Assembly (NCBI RefSeq): GCF_006345805.1
Contig: NC_043013.1
Span: 868,001-932,000 of the forward strand
From: Octopus sinensis
Lineage: Eukaryota
Direction of reading: 5' to 3'
DNA: 64,000 nt
Positions 1-13,514 of the stretch are shown one piece after another. A program made the position numbers and the translations under genes. Position 1 is the first letter of the stretch. Each line of letters opens with the position of its first letter. Under the pieces are notes generated by a model, which saw nothing but the letters and a program-made list of their open reading frames with translations, ran no database searches and was not told where the DNA came from.

Positions 1-431
1 TTCCAATTCATTTCGAACCTTTCACACACGTTGTCGTTTGTTATATCATTTGCCTGGATTGTCTAAATCCAGCTTTGGCCCACTTGAGTTATTTCCCTTA
101 TCTTTCCTTTCCTTTTTCTACTTATTCCTCTCCACTTCCATCCAGTGCACATGTCTCACTACCATGTATATTCATGCTTCCCCCACAAGTCCTAATCTAT
201 TATATTTCCACAGACTGATATCTTTTGTTGATTTATAGTCTGCTTTTGTGCACAGAAGTATTTTTTGTTGTCAAGTCAGGTAACGGTTCCTTGAACTTTT
301 ACTCTATACTATTATGAAGCTCTCACTGTAATCTCGATGCTAGGTCACCCACATAGAAGCTATCAAGTAAATGTAACAAATTGTCTGAGTTACTCCTGAA
401 TTTTACTTGGTTGGCGCTCTTGCTCGTCACG

Positions 432-506
432 CCCCAAATCCCGCTCCTCTCTCACTCCTCAAATCCCGCTCCTCTCTCACTCCCCAAATCCCGCTCCTCT
501 CTCACT
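432..506. repeat. Tandem repeat, 25-bp unit x3 (CCCCAAATCCCGCTCCTCTCTCACT)
   Basis: Directly visible. Confidence 0.9.
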
Positions 507-618
507 CACAGATCATACGATTTCAACATGACTTTTTCTATATTTATACAAACACAACACTTTGACTGCTTGATTGTTATTTTGTTTGTGTATCTGTGAT
601 CCTGGAAATGGTTCCCAG

Positions 619-890
619 CAGCGGTTCCCAAAGTGGGCAGTATTGCCCTCCTGGCGGGAGGGGGCAGTGGATAGTTCCAAGGAGGCATTGAAGAAAAGTG
701 GGGTGATAATGGGGTGGCAGTTCATGTAAAAACAATAAAATAAGGGGTTGATTAGGTTAAGTTTTATTTGTGAAATACAGTTTGCTTCAGAAAGCGGTTT
801 ATGCTTGTGAGGGTTGGTTGGGGTGGGGGCGCTAGGAGTGTGTCCTGGGTGTCAAGGGGGTGGCCGCCCGAAGATGTTTGGGAACCACTG
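619..890. mobile_element. hAT-type MITE
   Basis: TIRs CAGCGGTTCCCAAA ... TTTGGGAACCACTG; flanking 8-mers only partly match. Confidence 0.7.
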
Positions 891-1989
891 GTTTAGAGGA
901 ACAGATATATTCATATATTGTCTACATCAGGCAGGAACAACTTTTTGAGAAGCAGGTTGCATGAGACATTGCTCATCAACAGGTGGGCGAGTAGAAAAAA
1001 ATCCAATTTTGTGTGTCAGGTGTGCTATTCAGTTTGCCTCTGATTAGTCTAAGTGTTCTGTTAAGGAAATATCAACATCAACCTCAAATGTCTTGTGTTC
1101 TTTCTACATTTCAAACGATGAGACAGTATTCATTTGTCACAGATTATCGTTAACATAATTATGGCTAAAACAAACTTCAACAAAGACAAAAACTGTCACT
1201 TAACAGGTTTCAGAAGTGACCCTGTTTATAGTCTACATCAGTTGCTAATGTTTCATGCTCTAATTCTTTATAGCAACAGCTTGCAACTATGACAGTGGTT
1301 GTATAACAGGTTCTATGATACTTTGTGAGGGGAGACAAAAAAAAAAAGGAAAAATAAAAAAAACTGGGAAAATTATATTAGTTACTTTGGTTGTTAACTA
1401 TTTTTCCTGTTAATAAAATGTCTGATGGGAAAATACCTAAAGAGAATGAATATTTTACGTAATAAACAGAAATATGATAGTCCTTATGTATGTAATAAGT
1501 TGAGTGAAATTGTTCAACTGAGATTTTTAGAAGGGTTTTTATTTTATCTACCAGTTGCTTGGCAATTGGTAGATAACCCCCCCCCTCTAAACACAACAAA
1601 CCTGCAAGACAACTCTAGTAAGACCAGTTGATCAAAAGTTGTGGACCAAAAAGAGATTAAGCAGATTGGAGTGGATCTGGTGCTTAAAGCCAACCAGTAA
1701 ACACTATTATTGGATTTAATCTGATGAGGAGATTTTTACTGATGTGTGTGTGTTTTCTTTTCTCTTTTTAATTTAGAGTTTATTGTGACCACCACACCTG
1801 CTTTGTATCAGGATTGTGAAAGAAAGCAGCTTGTTTTATTCATCATTTTTTGACCTGAAGAATGTCTTGCAGACTTTTATTGTCCCAGATATTGTGGATT
1901 CTGGTCATTTATAGCATATGAATTAAGGAGTTGCATTCTCTCCCCAAGACCCCAAGTTTAGCCGTACCTTGCTCAACATGGGTTCACAT

Positions 1990-2832
1990 GTGTCCTGTTG
2001 CTCCAATAATAATAGATATGAAACTGAAAGTGTCTCTTGGGCACTGGACTTGCAAACACTTTATCCACGGTCCATAAATGTTTTCTTCCCCTTTTTTTTT
2101 GTTGCTGACCCCATTGGCACCCAGAGGAAAGCTGATTTCCACAACAGAGCATAGTTTTATCTTGTGGTCCACTCACAACAATATCTGGTTGATTGTGTTT
2201 TAATTCATAAGTTCTACCAATATTTCCCTAACCCATCCGTCTCAGTATTTCTCAATATGTATGTAGTGACATGGATTACATTTGAGAAGACTAACACTTA
2301 AAAAGGGAAAAACAAAGTCCACAGATTCATTGTCCCTGATATAGCCTTCCTTTATTTGGGGACCACATTGTGTACTCCAACACATGGTGCTTTATCATAT
2401 GGAAAGCCTTGTTATTATTGTTGTGCAAAAGTCAGGTCAGCTCTGCTTCATGCAGACCTACCTTGGCTCACACACCTACACCTCACATGTGGGCAGCCAA
2501 CTGACCCACCAACCTCTTCTTAAGAGTGGTAACTTGCTGATAACCCTGTTTCTATCAGTCAGTTGATTATGCAATGTTTAGGTTGTTATATTATGTTTCA
2601 TAGTTGTCTATTTTAATATTTTAATTAAACTGTTTATTATGCAATGGCTGGGTTATTTTACTGGTTATAAGAGGGTTATTTGTTCTATATATAACGCATT
2701 GGTTCTTCAGTTCTACTCACTGGTACAGTTATTTCCTTGTACTCTTCTGCTTTTGACTAACTGCTGTGTTTAATATCTTTATTATACAGTTCTGTTAGTA
2801 ATTAGTATTGTTAGAGCCGTGCCCTGCTAACA
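1990..2832 (+). mobile_element. Possible heavily decayed Gypsy integrase remnant plus LTR-like segment (~2536-2832)
   Basis: Frameshifted GP(I)N..FVAD..WPE-like traces; purine tract followed by a TG...CA segment with a TATA-like motif. Weak. Confidence 0.25.
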
Positions 2833-3489
2833 TTCCACACACATTCCATATGCTGTGTGCAACTAGTACAGACTTGTGCTGTTTTTAGTTTCTTGGCCGT
2901 GTCTTTTTATAAAGAGATGCCTTTTATAATAAGAGATTTTTATATAGCTAAAAACATTCTGTGCTTTTTTTTTATATTAAACACATGCTGTTAATAAACC
3001 GCTTTAAATATGAAAACTATTTGTGGGATGATCTTAGTTAGCATTTAGTTTTATTCACAAAGCTTTTTCTCAAGACTTCAGAGACGTTATTGAATTAAAT
3101 TTCCTCCTCAAATATATTCACAAATTAACCCAGTTATGAATTTCAGCAGACAAATGGCTTATCTAAACCATTTTTGCTTCATCTTTGTTTCTAAATTCTT
3201 TTTCTCATTCAGTATTAGACATGCATAGGAACTGGTTTTTCTTTGTAGGGTCAATTTAAAGGAGCAAGTAAAAATTTGAAATTTGGAAAAGAAGTGGTAC
3301 ATGTTAAAGCATGTCTGTTGTGTTGATTTGCAGAAAGCACCACATGTTAAACAATTAACGATAGGGGTGGAAATGCAAAATTAGGAAATGAAAAATGTAG
3401 AACTGTAGCTTGATGACGATGATGATGATAAAATAATTTTTTAAAAAACCCCAAAAATAGGGAGACTGTTTTGATACACCATTGAAAAT

Positions 3490-3670
3490 ATTGGTTTCAA
3501 ATTTTGCCACAAGGGCAGAAATTTTGGAAGTGGGACTAAGTTGATTACATCAACCCCAATGCTCATCAACCCTGAAACAATGAAGGGCAAAGTCAACCTT
3601 GGCAGAATTTGAACTCAGAACATGGAGACAGACGAAATGCTGCTGAACATTTTGTCTGGCATGACTCCAT
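3490..3670 (-). mobile_element. tRNA-derived SINE (Nin/Deu-domain type), decayed
   Basis: Reverse complement of TTCTGAGTTCAAATTCTGCCAAGGTTGACTTTGCCCTTCAT, shared with the 12440 and 57305 copies. Confidence 0.75.
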
Positions 3671-4039
3671 TGAAAGTATTTAATTGCATTTTATGTTATG
3701 TGAAGACTTACATACAATCATCATCATCATCGTCTTTTAACGTCTGCTTTCCATGTTGGCATAGGTTGGACAGTTTGACTGAGGGCTGGCAAGCCAGCAG
3801 GGGCTGCACCCAGTCAAACTGTCCAACCCATGTCAGCATTAAGTTTTTTTATATTGCTGTATGCTTATTTTACTTTTGGCAAGAAAATCAAAATTCATTA
3901 AAAGAAATTTTTCAATGGAGACAAAGTTTCAGGCATTTAATTTGGAAATGATTCATCAATTTCTTTTTTCTTCCAGCTTAATTACATGTGTGAAGGTCAT
4001 TCTCTAACCCCAGTAATATCTGGTACTAGGTCGGATACA

Positions 4040-4345
4040 ACGAAGGGGGTTCCAGTTGATCTGATTGAGGGAGCAGCTGCTCGTGAAATTCACATGCAAG
4101 TGGCTGAGTACTCCACAGATACATGCATCCTTAATGTAGTTCCCAGGGAGATTCCAGTGTGACACAGAATGGGACAAGGCTGGCCCCCTTTGTATTACAG
4201 GTACAGCTCATTTTTACCAGCTGAGTGGACTGAAGCAACGTGAAATAAAGTGTCTTGCTCAAGGACACAACATGCTGCCAGGAATTGAACTCGTGACCTT
4301 ATGATCATGAGCAGAATACCCTAACCACTAAGCCATGTGCCTGCA
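4040..4345 (-). mobile_element. tRNA-derived CORE/Meta-type SINE
   Basis: Minus strand has A box (TGGCTTAGTGG), B box (GAGTTCAATTCC), GTGTCCTTGAGCAAGACACTT core; related copies at ~34960-35165 and ~38580-38795. Confidence 0.75.
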
Positions 4346-4429
4346 CCCCATTAATGTTGGCCTCCGATCGCTCTGAAGGAAGCCTAGAGTTTCTGTTATT
4401 GCTTAAGCTTTCTGTGTTTCTCTTTGCAG

Positions 4430-4506
4430 CCTCCTAGAGTCGGTGGAGTGAAAGTCTATTCTGAAAGAGTCAAGCGAGACGAGATCTACATGGATATTGA
4501 GATTCT
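4430..4506 (+). CDS. ESYT2: E-Syt exon a (SMP): PPRVGGVKVYSERVKRDEIYMDIEI
   Basis: tttgcag| acceptor, |gtaagt donor; ends phase 2. Confidence 0.93.
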
Positions 4507-4959
4507 GTAAGTATTTTGCCTGTTCAGTTTGAAAACTTAAATCGTAAAGTTACATGTCTACAATAAGGTCTTCTGGAGTACAAGTGTTGTTTTTATTTAG
4601 CCCCAGGCTAAGTAAAGTAGATGTATGATCAAAGGTATTCCATATGTGACCATCCAGTCTTTTTAGGTCTTATGTAGGACTACATTATCTAATGTAGTCT
4701 ATGTCAATATAGGATGTGATTTGAGTGAAATTTGGTTGCTGTTTCTAGCAAGTTGAGTGGCCATATTTAGACTGGCCATATATAGAGACTTCCTTCATTG
4801 AGTTGTCGAGTGTGGTGGGGTGGTGTTTGGGATGAAGACCTGCTGCAAACCCCAGTTCCTATTGTTTAGTAACTATGACGAGAAACACTGAATGAACAAA
4901 CTTTACTCATTCAGGAAAATAGGTTTCACCCTAATCGACAACTGTTGCAGCTCTTGGAC

Positions 4960-5147
4960 CATATCAAGCAGCTTGATTCAGTCATTAGACTGTGGCCGTG
5001 CTGGGGCACCACCTTGAAGGGTTTTAGTCAAATGAATTACCTTTCACTGCCTGGTACTTATTCTATCGGTCCCTTATATAGAACTGTTAATTTATGCATA
5101 TGTAAACAAACCAACACTGGTTGTCCAGTGGTAGTGGGGGAATAAAT

Positions 5148-5178
<31 letters not shown>

Positions 5179-5362
5179 CACACTCATGTGCACGTGCACA
5201 CATATGATGAGCTTCTTACAGTTTCTATCTATCAGATTCAATCATGTGGGTTTGGATGGCCTGAGGTTATATTAGAAGACACTTACCCAAGGTGCCATGC
5301 CGTGGCACTGAACCCAGAACCATGTGGTTGGGAAGCAAACTTCTTACCACACAGCCACACCT
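4960..5362 (-). mobile_element. tRNA-derived SINE with internal (CA)n (octopus OR2-like family)
   Basis: Head GTGGCTGTGTGGTAAGAAGTTTGCTTCCCAACCACATGGTTCTGGGTTCAGT on minus strand; same family as 35862-36250. Confidence 0.8.
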
Positions 5363-6009
5363 GCATGTTCTTAGAAGACAAGATATTTCTTTCTTTAGGT
5401 GATCTTCTATTTTTATTGTTCTTTGTGATTTCCATAGATTCCAATAATTTAAAGACATTCTTATCCGAACTTTTGCAGTAACGGAATATTCTACATGACT
5501 GTTCTGCCTGCTTAATATTGGAGCTAAACATCCTTAAGCAAATCCCATCAATGTCTTTAAATGTAATATTGTACATTTGAAGACCTAAATATTAATGCAA
5601 ATTGTCTACAGTAAGGTGGGGTGGGCGTGGAAAGAAACGCTCCCTTTTTATTTGGCTATCTCTTTCATATGTTTCTTCAAGCAGAATTGATTGACTCTAC
5701 ATGTCACTCAACTGGCTACCATTAAATGATTTAACCCAGTTTTATGTCCTATGTCCCTTGTGTAATGGTAGTTAGAATATCAAATGAACGAATAGGGTTA
5801 CCATTGCTTTATACCAAGTAACCCAGCACCAAATTCCCCCTTTTTTCTCTTCTTTTTTAATGGAAATTTTCAAATCTGTTCAGATAAAACTTTTTGCACA
5901 GCAGTCATCTGTGTGTGTGTGTGTGTGTGTGTTGTGTGTGTGTGTGTGTGTGTGTGTGTGAAGTTAAAAGGTGATATACCAAATGCGAAATAAATTCTTA
6001 ATTTATTGG

Positions 6010-6375
6010 AGCCCATTTAAGAGTACCCTTCAATCATTGGGCAATAAACTGTGCTTGCAAAGACCTGTTGAGGCAAGTGAAGTCGTTGTCTTGGCTGATG
6101 ACAGTATCACCTGATTGACACCTGTGCTGGTAGCGTGTAAAAAGCACCATTTGAGTGTGGTCAATACCAGTATCATCTGACTGGCCCTCATGTTGGTGGT
6201 ACGTAAAAAGCACCCACTACACTCTTGGAGAGTGGTTGGTGTTGGGAAGGGCATCCAGCTGTAGAAACTTTGCCAGATCGAATTAGAGCCTGGTGCAGCC
6301 TTCTGGCTTGCCAGCCCTCAGTCAAACTGTCCAACCCATGCCAGCATGGAAAGTGGACGTTAAACGACGATGATC
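6010..6375 (+). mobile_element. RTE LINE 3' UTR fragment
   Basis: AAAAGCACCCACTACACTC...GGAAGGGCATCCAGCTGTAGAAAC...CATGCCAGCATGGAAAG..GACGTTAAACGA tail, matching the 3' end of the RTE at 48263-48436. Confidence 0.85.
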
Positions 6376-6728
6376 CCTCTAAAAAAAAAAAAAATTAAAG
6401 AAAACCTAGTGGCAATTGTTTGTGACTTTCAGTGCGAAGGGGAGGTAATTCCAAGCAAAAGATTTCTCAAGTTAATTAACAGACAGAGAAAGAGCAGTCT
6501 GGTCTTTGCAGGTTGATAATAATTAATTGCCAAAGTACAGTGAAATTGAATTCGGAGCCATGGGATTGCAAAGCAAACTGCTTAACTACACATTCAGGCT
6601 TGTGCATGTCTTATTGAAATAATAGTTTTTGTGATATTAATTAGGGTTATCGTCCATCTTCACAATTCAACAAACTTTCCAGCATCAACATCTTGTGACT
6701 TTTGTTTTTCATTCTTTTTTTCTTCCAG

Positions 6729-6795
6729 ATATAGCAGTGATGCAGATGTTGCTGTCAGTATCAAAGGTATCACTGCTGGAATCAAAGACCTCCAG
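6729..6795 (+). CDS. ESYT2: E-Syt exon b (SMP): (L)YSSDADVAVSIKGITAGIKDLQ
   Basis: ttccag| ... cag|gtatt; frame continues from exon a. Confidence 0.92.
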
Positions 6796-6865
6796 GTATT
6801 AAAATTTCACAAATTCTCTCTCATTCTCTTTATCTTTCATACACACTCACACACATGCATTCACA

Positions 6866-6911
<46 letters not shown>

Positions 6912-7286
6912 CTTCTCTCTTGTGTTTGTATGTACATATACATGTAATGTGTATGTGCATTTGCAATTGAAAATGAAATGGTTGTTTCCAGATGTTGGAG
7001 TGTGTCGGTGAGTGATTTGATGCTAGTCAGTCAAGAGGCCTTTCTTTGAGTCATTTAACTCATTAAGATGATGATGCTCCTACACACACCGATGTAGAAT
7101 ATTTGTCTGTATAGTAAGCAGCACCATCCTACATCATGTTATGTTTCTCTCGTAAGAAGAAACCAGTCCTATGCTAGCCTTGTCAAATACTTAATTTTAA
7201 GCAAGATCTCATTACTATTCATTGTATGTTTTCATTGAGTTACATTTATTGTATTACATTAAATGCTGCTTTCTTCTTTTAACTAG

Positions 7287-7376
7287 ATTCGAGGGACATT
7301 ACGAGTTGTCTTCAAGCCCCTCATGAATGTCATGCCTCTGTTTGGTGGATTAAATGTTTACTTTCTGAACAACCCG
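7287..7376 (+). CDS. ESYT2: E-Syt exon c (SMP): IRGTLRVVFKPLMNVMPLFGGLNVYFLNNP
   Basis: aactag| ... ccg|gtaag; classic SMP motif. Confidence 0.95.
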
Positions 7377-8154
7377 GTAAGCTGAGATTTAAAACTTTGT
7401 GTACCATATGCTCATATGTAACTAATTAGCTAATTTTATTCAAGAACATGTCTGTGATATATATTGGTGCTTTAGTAAAAAATATTCACATGTTCAGTTG
7501 TCAGGAGTCCAGTAATTTCAAATTTACTGTTGTTATATTTAAATTTCTTGTCATGCACATATATTTTGTCTGAATTTGAGATAATGAATTATTATTCCAC
7601 ACTGACATATTTAGACTAGTGTCCTCGTTATGGCTGTGGTATTCAGTGTTTTGGCTCTTGTACCCTCCAGCCTTCTTCTAGTGCATGCCATAATAGGTGA
7701 CATTCTTAGAATTCCAAATTAAACAATGTGAAGAAAGGAATTGTCTACAGTCTACAACCATGGCTCCCAGACTTTGTTGCACCATGGACCAGCTTTGTGT
7801 ACAACAATTTCCCAGTGGACTTGGGGAATCATGCACATAACAAACCACAAAGTGCATGATATTTAATTATTACATATATAATTCATGTGTAATGCCAAAA
7901 GGAAAAAAAACCCACAGACTGTGAGAGTTAATAAAATAGAAATAAAATTTACAAGTTTCTTCTTTCTGTGAAGTCCAGTGCCAAATGACCCATGGCCTGG
8001 TGGCTGGGGACTCAGATACAAACCAACATTCTGTAAACCTTATCAAATACAACAGGCACTTGAAGAAGCTGGAGAACACATCAGCCAAAATATTGCAATT
8101 ATAACAACCAGAATGACAACAGCTGACTGAATGCATCAGAGCATAATGTATTAA

Positions 8155-9297
8155 CCCTTTCGTTACTGTATTTAATAATAATAATAATAATAATTGTGTA
8201 CAGTGCTCAGGTGCACTACAACTCATCTAAAGTGTATATATAATCAGGTGTAGTTTCGACGGATTTCGGGAAGCATGAGGGCCTTAAAGGATGCAGTGTC
8301 ATGGCAGTCAACAACTGATGCAGGCAGTTTATTCCACGCTTCAGCAACCCTGAGCGTGAAAAAATGTTTCCGAAAGTCATGGGAGCTGTGCTGTTTTCTG
8401 ACTTTGTAGGCATGTCCACGTGTGTTAGACACATGGAGATCAAAAAGGTGTTCAGTGTTGTTGTTGGTGAGGTGGTTGATAACCTTGCGGGTGTTTACCA
8501 AGTCCGTCGCCAGACGCCGGAGCTTCAGTGAATCCATGCCCAGGGAAACAAGGCGCTCAGAATATGGTAGGTGTCTGATGGAGGGTATGCGTTTGGTTGC
8601 ACGTCTCTGGACAGATTCCAGGAGGTCAATGTTCTGAGCAAGATAGGGATTCCAAACTGATGATGCGAATTCCAAGTGTGGTCGTACCATAGCTGTATAC
8701 AGTTTTAAATAGATGGCTGGAGAGCGGCTAACAAAAGTCTTGCTGAGTGATGCCAAGACACCCTCGGCCTTCTTGACAATTTTAGAGATATGCTTTGTCC
8801 AACGCAAATCACTGCTGACAGTGATGCCTAGGTCACACTCGCAAGAGGATTTCTTGATATCAGTGTTGTGAAGGGAGTATGTGGATGCAGGGTTTTTTCT
8901 CCCAAAATGCATGGTGGTACACTTGTCCACAGCCAGTTTCAGTTGCCAGTCTGTGATCCATTGCTGCATTGTGTCTAGGTCTGATTGCAGGAAAGAGTTG
9001 TAGACATCAGGATCAGTCCTCTTGATTTCAAGGTACAGCTTGATGTCGTCTGCATATTTCAATACTGTGGCATTCTTTAAATTGGCATCTATGTCATTTT
9101 TGAGATGCTCTGTATTGCTTTCAGTTATTTTACATATAACACAGAATTTAGTAAAATAACTTAGTTATCATTCAGCTAGTGTTAGGAACATAAATTGTGA
9201 CTATGGTTTGGTGGAAGATTTTAATTCAAAACTTATGAAAACAAGACATTTGCACTCAGAGCTAGGGCCGGTTTCAGCCGGGTTGGTAACGAAAGGG
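8155..9297. mobile_element. piggyBac-type MITE interrupted by a CR1-like LINE
   Basis: TTAA|CCCTTTCGTTAC ... GTAACGAAAGGG|TTAT; the two halves join to match the intact copy at 26802-27007. Confidence 0.85.
8174..9098 (-). mobile_element. 5'-truncated CR1/L2-superfamily LINE, RT C-terminus (ORF 8244-9062 open)
   Basis: YADDIKLY, DLGIT, VRPHLEFASSVWNPY, LESVQRRATK, TRGHAYK, FFTLRVAEAWNKLP; (TTA)n 3' tail. Confidence 0.92.
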
Positions 9298-10296
9298 TTA
9301 TGTTCCACTCTTGTAATTAATTCTGAATATAATTTTCCCATTATTTTCATGAGATTTTTTTTTTATTCTGGGTTTCTTTCATTCCTCAATATAAGACTGA
9401 GAAACCTCTTTCAGTTCATGTTTGTCATCTGCGTAGTATTGATAATTCTTACATAAAGCGGTAGTTCTTACCTTCTTAAATACATTTGTAATATAGATTT
9501 CCAATCTGTGAAATGGCTTGAAGAAGCTATGATGCTTATAAAACAATCATGGTTCAGAAATTCCCACCCTAAATCTATTTGTCCTTTATTTTTTCTTTGT
9601 ACTGTATTTCATGAAATATGACTTGTTGATTTCTATAATTATTTCTTATTGAACCAAATAAAATACTTTAAAATTGACTAGGGTCACTAATATGGCTGCA
9701 GGTACCTTGAAATGCCAGATATTTGTTTTCTCACACTCAACATTCTTAATGATGTTGTTCTTGGAATGGCAAAGGGTGAAATTAAATATTGTTCAAGAAT
9801 CAGGGTCAGTTCTTCTGTTATAATCCAAGATCAAATCTAATTCTAGCTCGAAAAAACAAGGATCTCTTCAAATTTAGGTCTTAGTTTACAGAGAAGAAGA
9901 ATTTTAGTTTAATTGTTAATAAGCAATTATTATTTGCATTGTTAAGTGAGATCTAGAATGATGATTTATGTGTTCATCGTTATTATATTCTGGTAGATTA
10001 GAATACAAATCTGTTAGTTGTTGTTGTGTACGTCACAGGAGAGCAACTTCTCCTTTTTACAGCAACAGTGCATTTATAACACAGTCACCTTATTGGCACA
10101 AGGGATTCTGAGCCATTGGAGTCTTGTCATATTGTGTCTTGTCAGCCAGAAGCACCTCTGAGCCTAAACAAGCCACTGGCATTGTTTATAATTTCAGCGA
10201 AATTGTTATATGCACTGTGTACAGCAAGATCTAAAATGATGATTTGTATATTTATTCTGTATTAATAAACAATTTATTTTTGAATTCTATTTTCAG

Positions 10297-10352
10297 TCTA
10301 TTGACTTCAACCTGACAAGTTTGGCCAATGCTTTCGATGTCCCTGGTTTCAG
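10297..10352 (+). CDS. ESYT2: E-Syt exon d (SMP): SIDFNLTSLANAFDVPGF
   Basis: tttcag| ... ag|gtaat. Confidence 0.93.
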
Positions 10353-10792
10353 GTAATATAGAAAAGCTCATTATAGAAATAATATTTAATATCTATTTTA
10401 AAATAGTCTTTAAAAGGTTTTTGTTAAATTCTTTTACACTGAAATAGTTCTGAGTTTTTGTTTTTTTTTCATTATTTTTTATTTAGCAAAATCTACTGAA
10501 ATATTACCAAATATTTTTAACAGATTCATTAGTTCTGCATAGAATGGGTAGTTATTAAAAAGAATAATTGAAGCTAACTTCTTTTATACTGGTAAACTTT
10601 GTAATATTTATAAGTTCTTGAAGAAAAAATATGTAATCACTGGGAAATAATTAAATGATAATTAGTATTTTTTCTTGTGTAAGAAGTGAGATATTATAAG
10701 GTACCAAGACATGGGCACTGAATGTGAAGAATGTGTGAAAGCTTGAAAGCATTTTGGTAGACTTTAACTTGTTTGATATATTGTCTTTTCAG

Positions 10793-10913
10793 TGAAATGT
10801 TGCGTAGTATCGTACAAGACCAAATATTTTCAATAATGGTACTTCCCAACCGTATTTCTGTGCCTCTTGCAGAAAATGTTGATGCCAACAGGTTGAGGTA
10901 TCCATTACCAAAG
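10793..10913 (+). CDS. ESYT2: E-Syt exon e (SMP end): (S)EMLRSIVQDQIFSIMVLPNRISVPLAENVDANRLRYPLPK
   Basis: ttttcag| ... aag|gttatt; overlaps ORF 10773..10961. Confidence 0.95.
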
Positions 10914-10994
10914 GTTATTATTCTTTTATTTTTTCAGATAATTTTTCAGTTATTTAAATAATTATTCCAGTATTTACATTTTCTGCCTATCCAA

Positions 10995-11215
10995 CCCTTT
11001 TGTTACAAACCCACCAGAAACGACCAGAAACCTGGTTCTATGATACAAACTTCCTGTTTAAAGTGGTCTGAAAATTTCTCATTAAAATTTTGTGCTGATT
11101 TATGTCCTAAAAATCAGCTTGGTAATGATTAAAACTTCATTATATTCTTCATTATTTTTGAGATTAATTGAAATAAGGAGGCAGATATTTCAGCAAAAAT
11201 GCAGTAACAAAAGGG
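10995..11215. mobile_element. piggyBac-type MITE, decayed, opposite orientation
   Basis: CCCTTTTGTTAC ... GTAACAAAAGGG termini. Confidence 0.7.
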
Positions 11216-12199
11216 TTGATAATAGTTTGCTGTTTAAAATGTAGTCTAGCTGTAAGAAGACTGTTGTTGGTTGCTTTATAGCAACATACCAACTCTTGAT
11301 TAAAAGGTTCAGTCAGATCCTTTCAGTTATGCTCTATCCCAGACAAAGTTCTTTAATTTCTCTGCCCTATTCCACCTAACCATCATCAGTCACTGTATAA
11401 TTTACATGTTTTGTTTGTTTAATGTTGAGTTGAAATCCTCTCGTAAGAAGGATGCTAAAAATATAACGGATTCAGAAAATGGTGCTCCAATGATACTTTT
11501 GGAAAATTTTAGGGACAAAAATAAGGAACTCAGCATTTTATTTTGTTTTTATTGGAGAGTTATAAAATTACAAAATTTGCGATTGAAATGTCTTCTCCAT
11601 TTTTATGTTTTTTAAAAAGCTTTTAATTTCTTGAAACTTCCTTGAACTTGGGTTTCTCGAAGCCTTTTCGTGATGTTGTTACAAGTAAAGTATTTAGAGG
11701 GAAAGAAAAGTGAACATACAGACTTTTATCAAATGGAGCGAGGAAAAGCCTTTAAAACTGTTTCATCTGTTGTAGACTTCTCTAAATTTTAAGTCTTCGG
11801 TTGGGGGAGGGAGTGGGTACAGCATTGTTAAATGTAGAATTTGATTTAGTCTGACTCTTAATTTAGAAAATTGCTGTTTTAAAGCAGGAATTTGAAATAC
11901 TTGATTACAGAAATGTAGCAACCATTAAAATGTTAAATAAAAAATCAAAATCTCTCATTTATATCTGAAGTAAATCTTGTTGAATTAGAAAACATTAACG
12001 CTTCATTATTTTTCTAATTACAGTCTAAACTGACTGATAGTGAAGTAATATTTATTGGACCTATCTATGTTGTCCACCTGATATGTTATAAATGACAATG
12101 GCTATTTTCTTGAAATAGAATATTTTTATTCAGCTAATCCTGTTATTATTATTGGTCTGGCCTTGTACCAAAATTTGAAACTGTTGTTATTATTATTGG

Positions 12200-12650
12200 T
12201 ACAGCAACAAGCTGGCCAGACCATTGCCACACTAGACAAAATTCTTAGCAGCATTTCTTCAGAGCTTGTCTTTCATCCCTTTGATGTCAATAAAATAAAT
12301 ACCAGTGGAGCACTGGGGTCAATATAATCAACTTATCCACTCTCACTAAAAAGTTGCTGGCCTTGTGCCAAAATTTGAAACCACCACCATTATTATTATT
12401 ATTATTATTATTATCATTATTATTATTATTATTATTGAGGTGGTGAGCTCGCAGAGTCGTTAGCACGCCGGGTGAAATGCTTAGCGGTATTTCATCTGCC
12501 GCTGCGTTCTGAGTTCAAATTCTGCCAAGGTTGACTTTGCCTTTCATCCTTTCGGGGTCAATTAAATAAGTTCAAGTTATGCACTGGGGTCGATGTAATT
12601 GACTTAATCCCTTCCCCCAAATTTGAAGCCTTGTGCTTCCAGTAGAAAGG

Positions 12651-12681
<31 letters not shown>

Positions 12682-12770
12682 GTAGTAGTAGTAGTAGTAA
12701 TGCTTAGCGGTATTTTGTCTGCCCCTACGTTCTGAGTTCAAATTCTGCCAAGGTTGACTTTGCTTTTCAT
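12200..12770 (+). mobile_element. Cluster of Nin/Deu-domain tRNA SINEs separated by (ATT)n
   Basis: GCCTTTCATCCTTTCGGGGTC..TAAATAAG domain; repeated heads; (TTA)n tails. Confidence 0.8.
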
Positions 12771-13289
12771 ATATACGATTGTATTTTAGATTTCATAGTT
12801 ATGACAATTAGGATAGAAGTGCTATTCACAATTTATTTGATGGTAACAGTAGTTGTATTAATGTTCTCTGTAAACTGTTGCAAGGCAACACTTGTAGGAA
12901 AGACATGAACATGGAGGAGATTCCAAGGGGATGATGTGCTGGGGAGAAAGGAGTAGGTGTTGTGGTTAGTACAGGACCTGGAGAGAGGGGTTGGGTAGAC
13001 ATCCTGTGGGTAATGAAAAAAGGAGAAACTAGTGGAGTGGAAGAAATTTGGAACTGATCAAAAGTAAATTCCATTTTAGTATTAAGCTAAGAATTTGTTT
13101 AACCATTTTATTGAACAAATATATTGTAGCAACGGAGATCTTTTAAGTATTCATGGTTTTTTTTTTTAAGTTATTGTTAATATTTGTTGTTTAGGAAATG
13201 CGTGAAAGAAATTTCAAAGATTCTCTTTAATCAATGTGAATGCATTTTAAATTTTTATTTTATAAGTTATTAATAATTTTACTCAATAG

Positions 13290-13389
13290 GGTGTTTTGAG
13301 AATCCATATGCTTGGAGCTGCAGATCTGAAGAGAGCTGACTTTGGTGTGTTGAAGAAAGGGTCTTCAGATCCTTACTCTGTTCTAAGGA
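13290..13389 (+). CDS. ESYT2: E-Syt exon f (C2A): GVLRIHMLGAADLKRADFGVLKKGSSDPYSVLR
   Basis: caatag| ... a|gtaagt; C2 SDPY motif. Confidence 0.95.
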
Positions 13390-13514
13390 GTAAGTACATC
13401 TACATCTAATGTTTACTTGAAAGTCTCTCTGATTAAGGATGCTATTTCAATTTGATTTTAGAATTTTAAGATGTCAAACTCTTGGTACATGTTTTTCTTT
13501 CTTATTTTGCTTTG

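Noticed and set aside
7640-7690. Fragment resembling the 21 kb hammerhead (TACCCTCCAGCCTTC)
   Set aside because: Both core boxes are mutated; at most a decayed relative
9950-10245. Two AGATCTA.AATGATGATTT motifs suggesting a C/D-box snoRNA
   Set aside because: No convincing terminal stem or D-box spacing; more likely a short direct duplication
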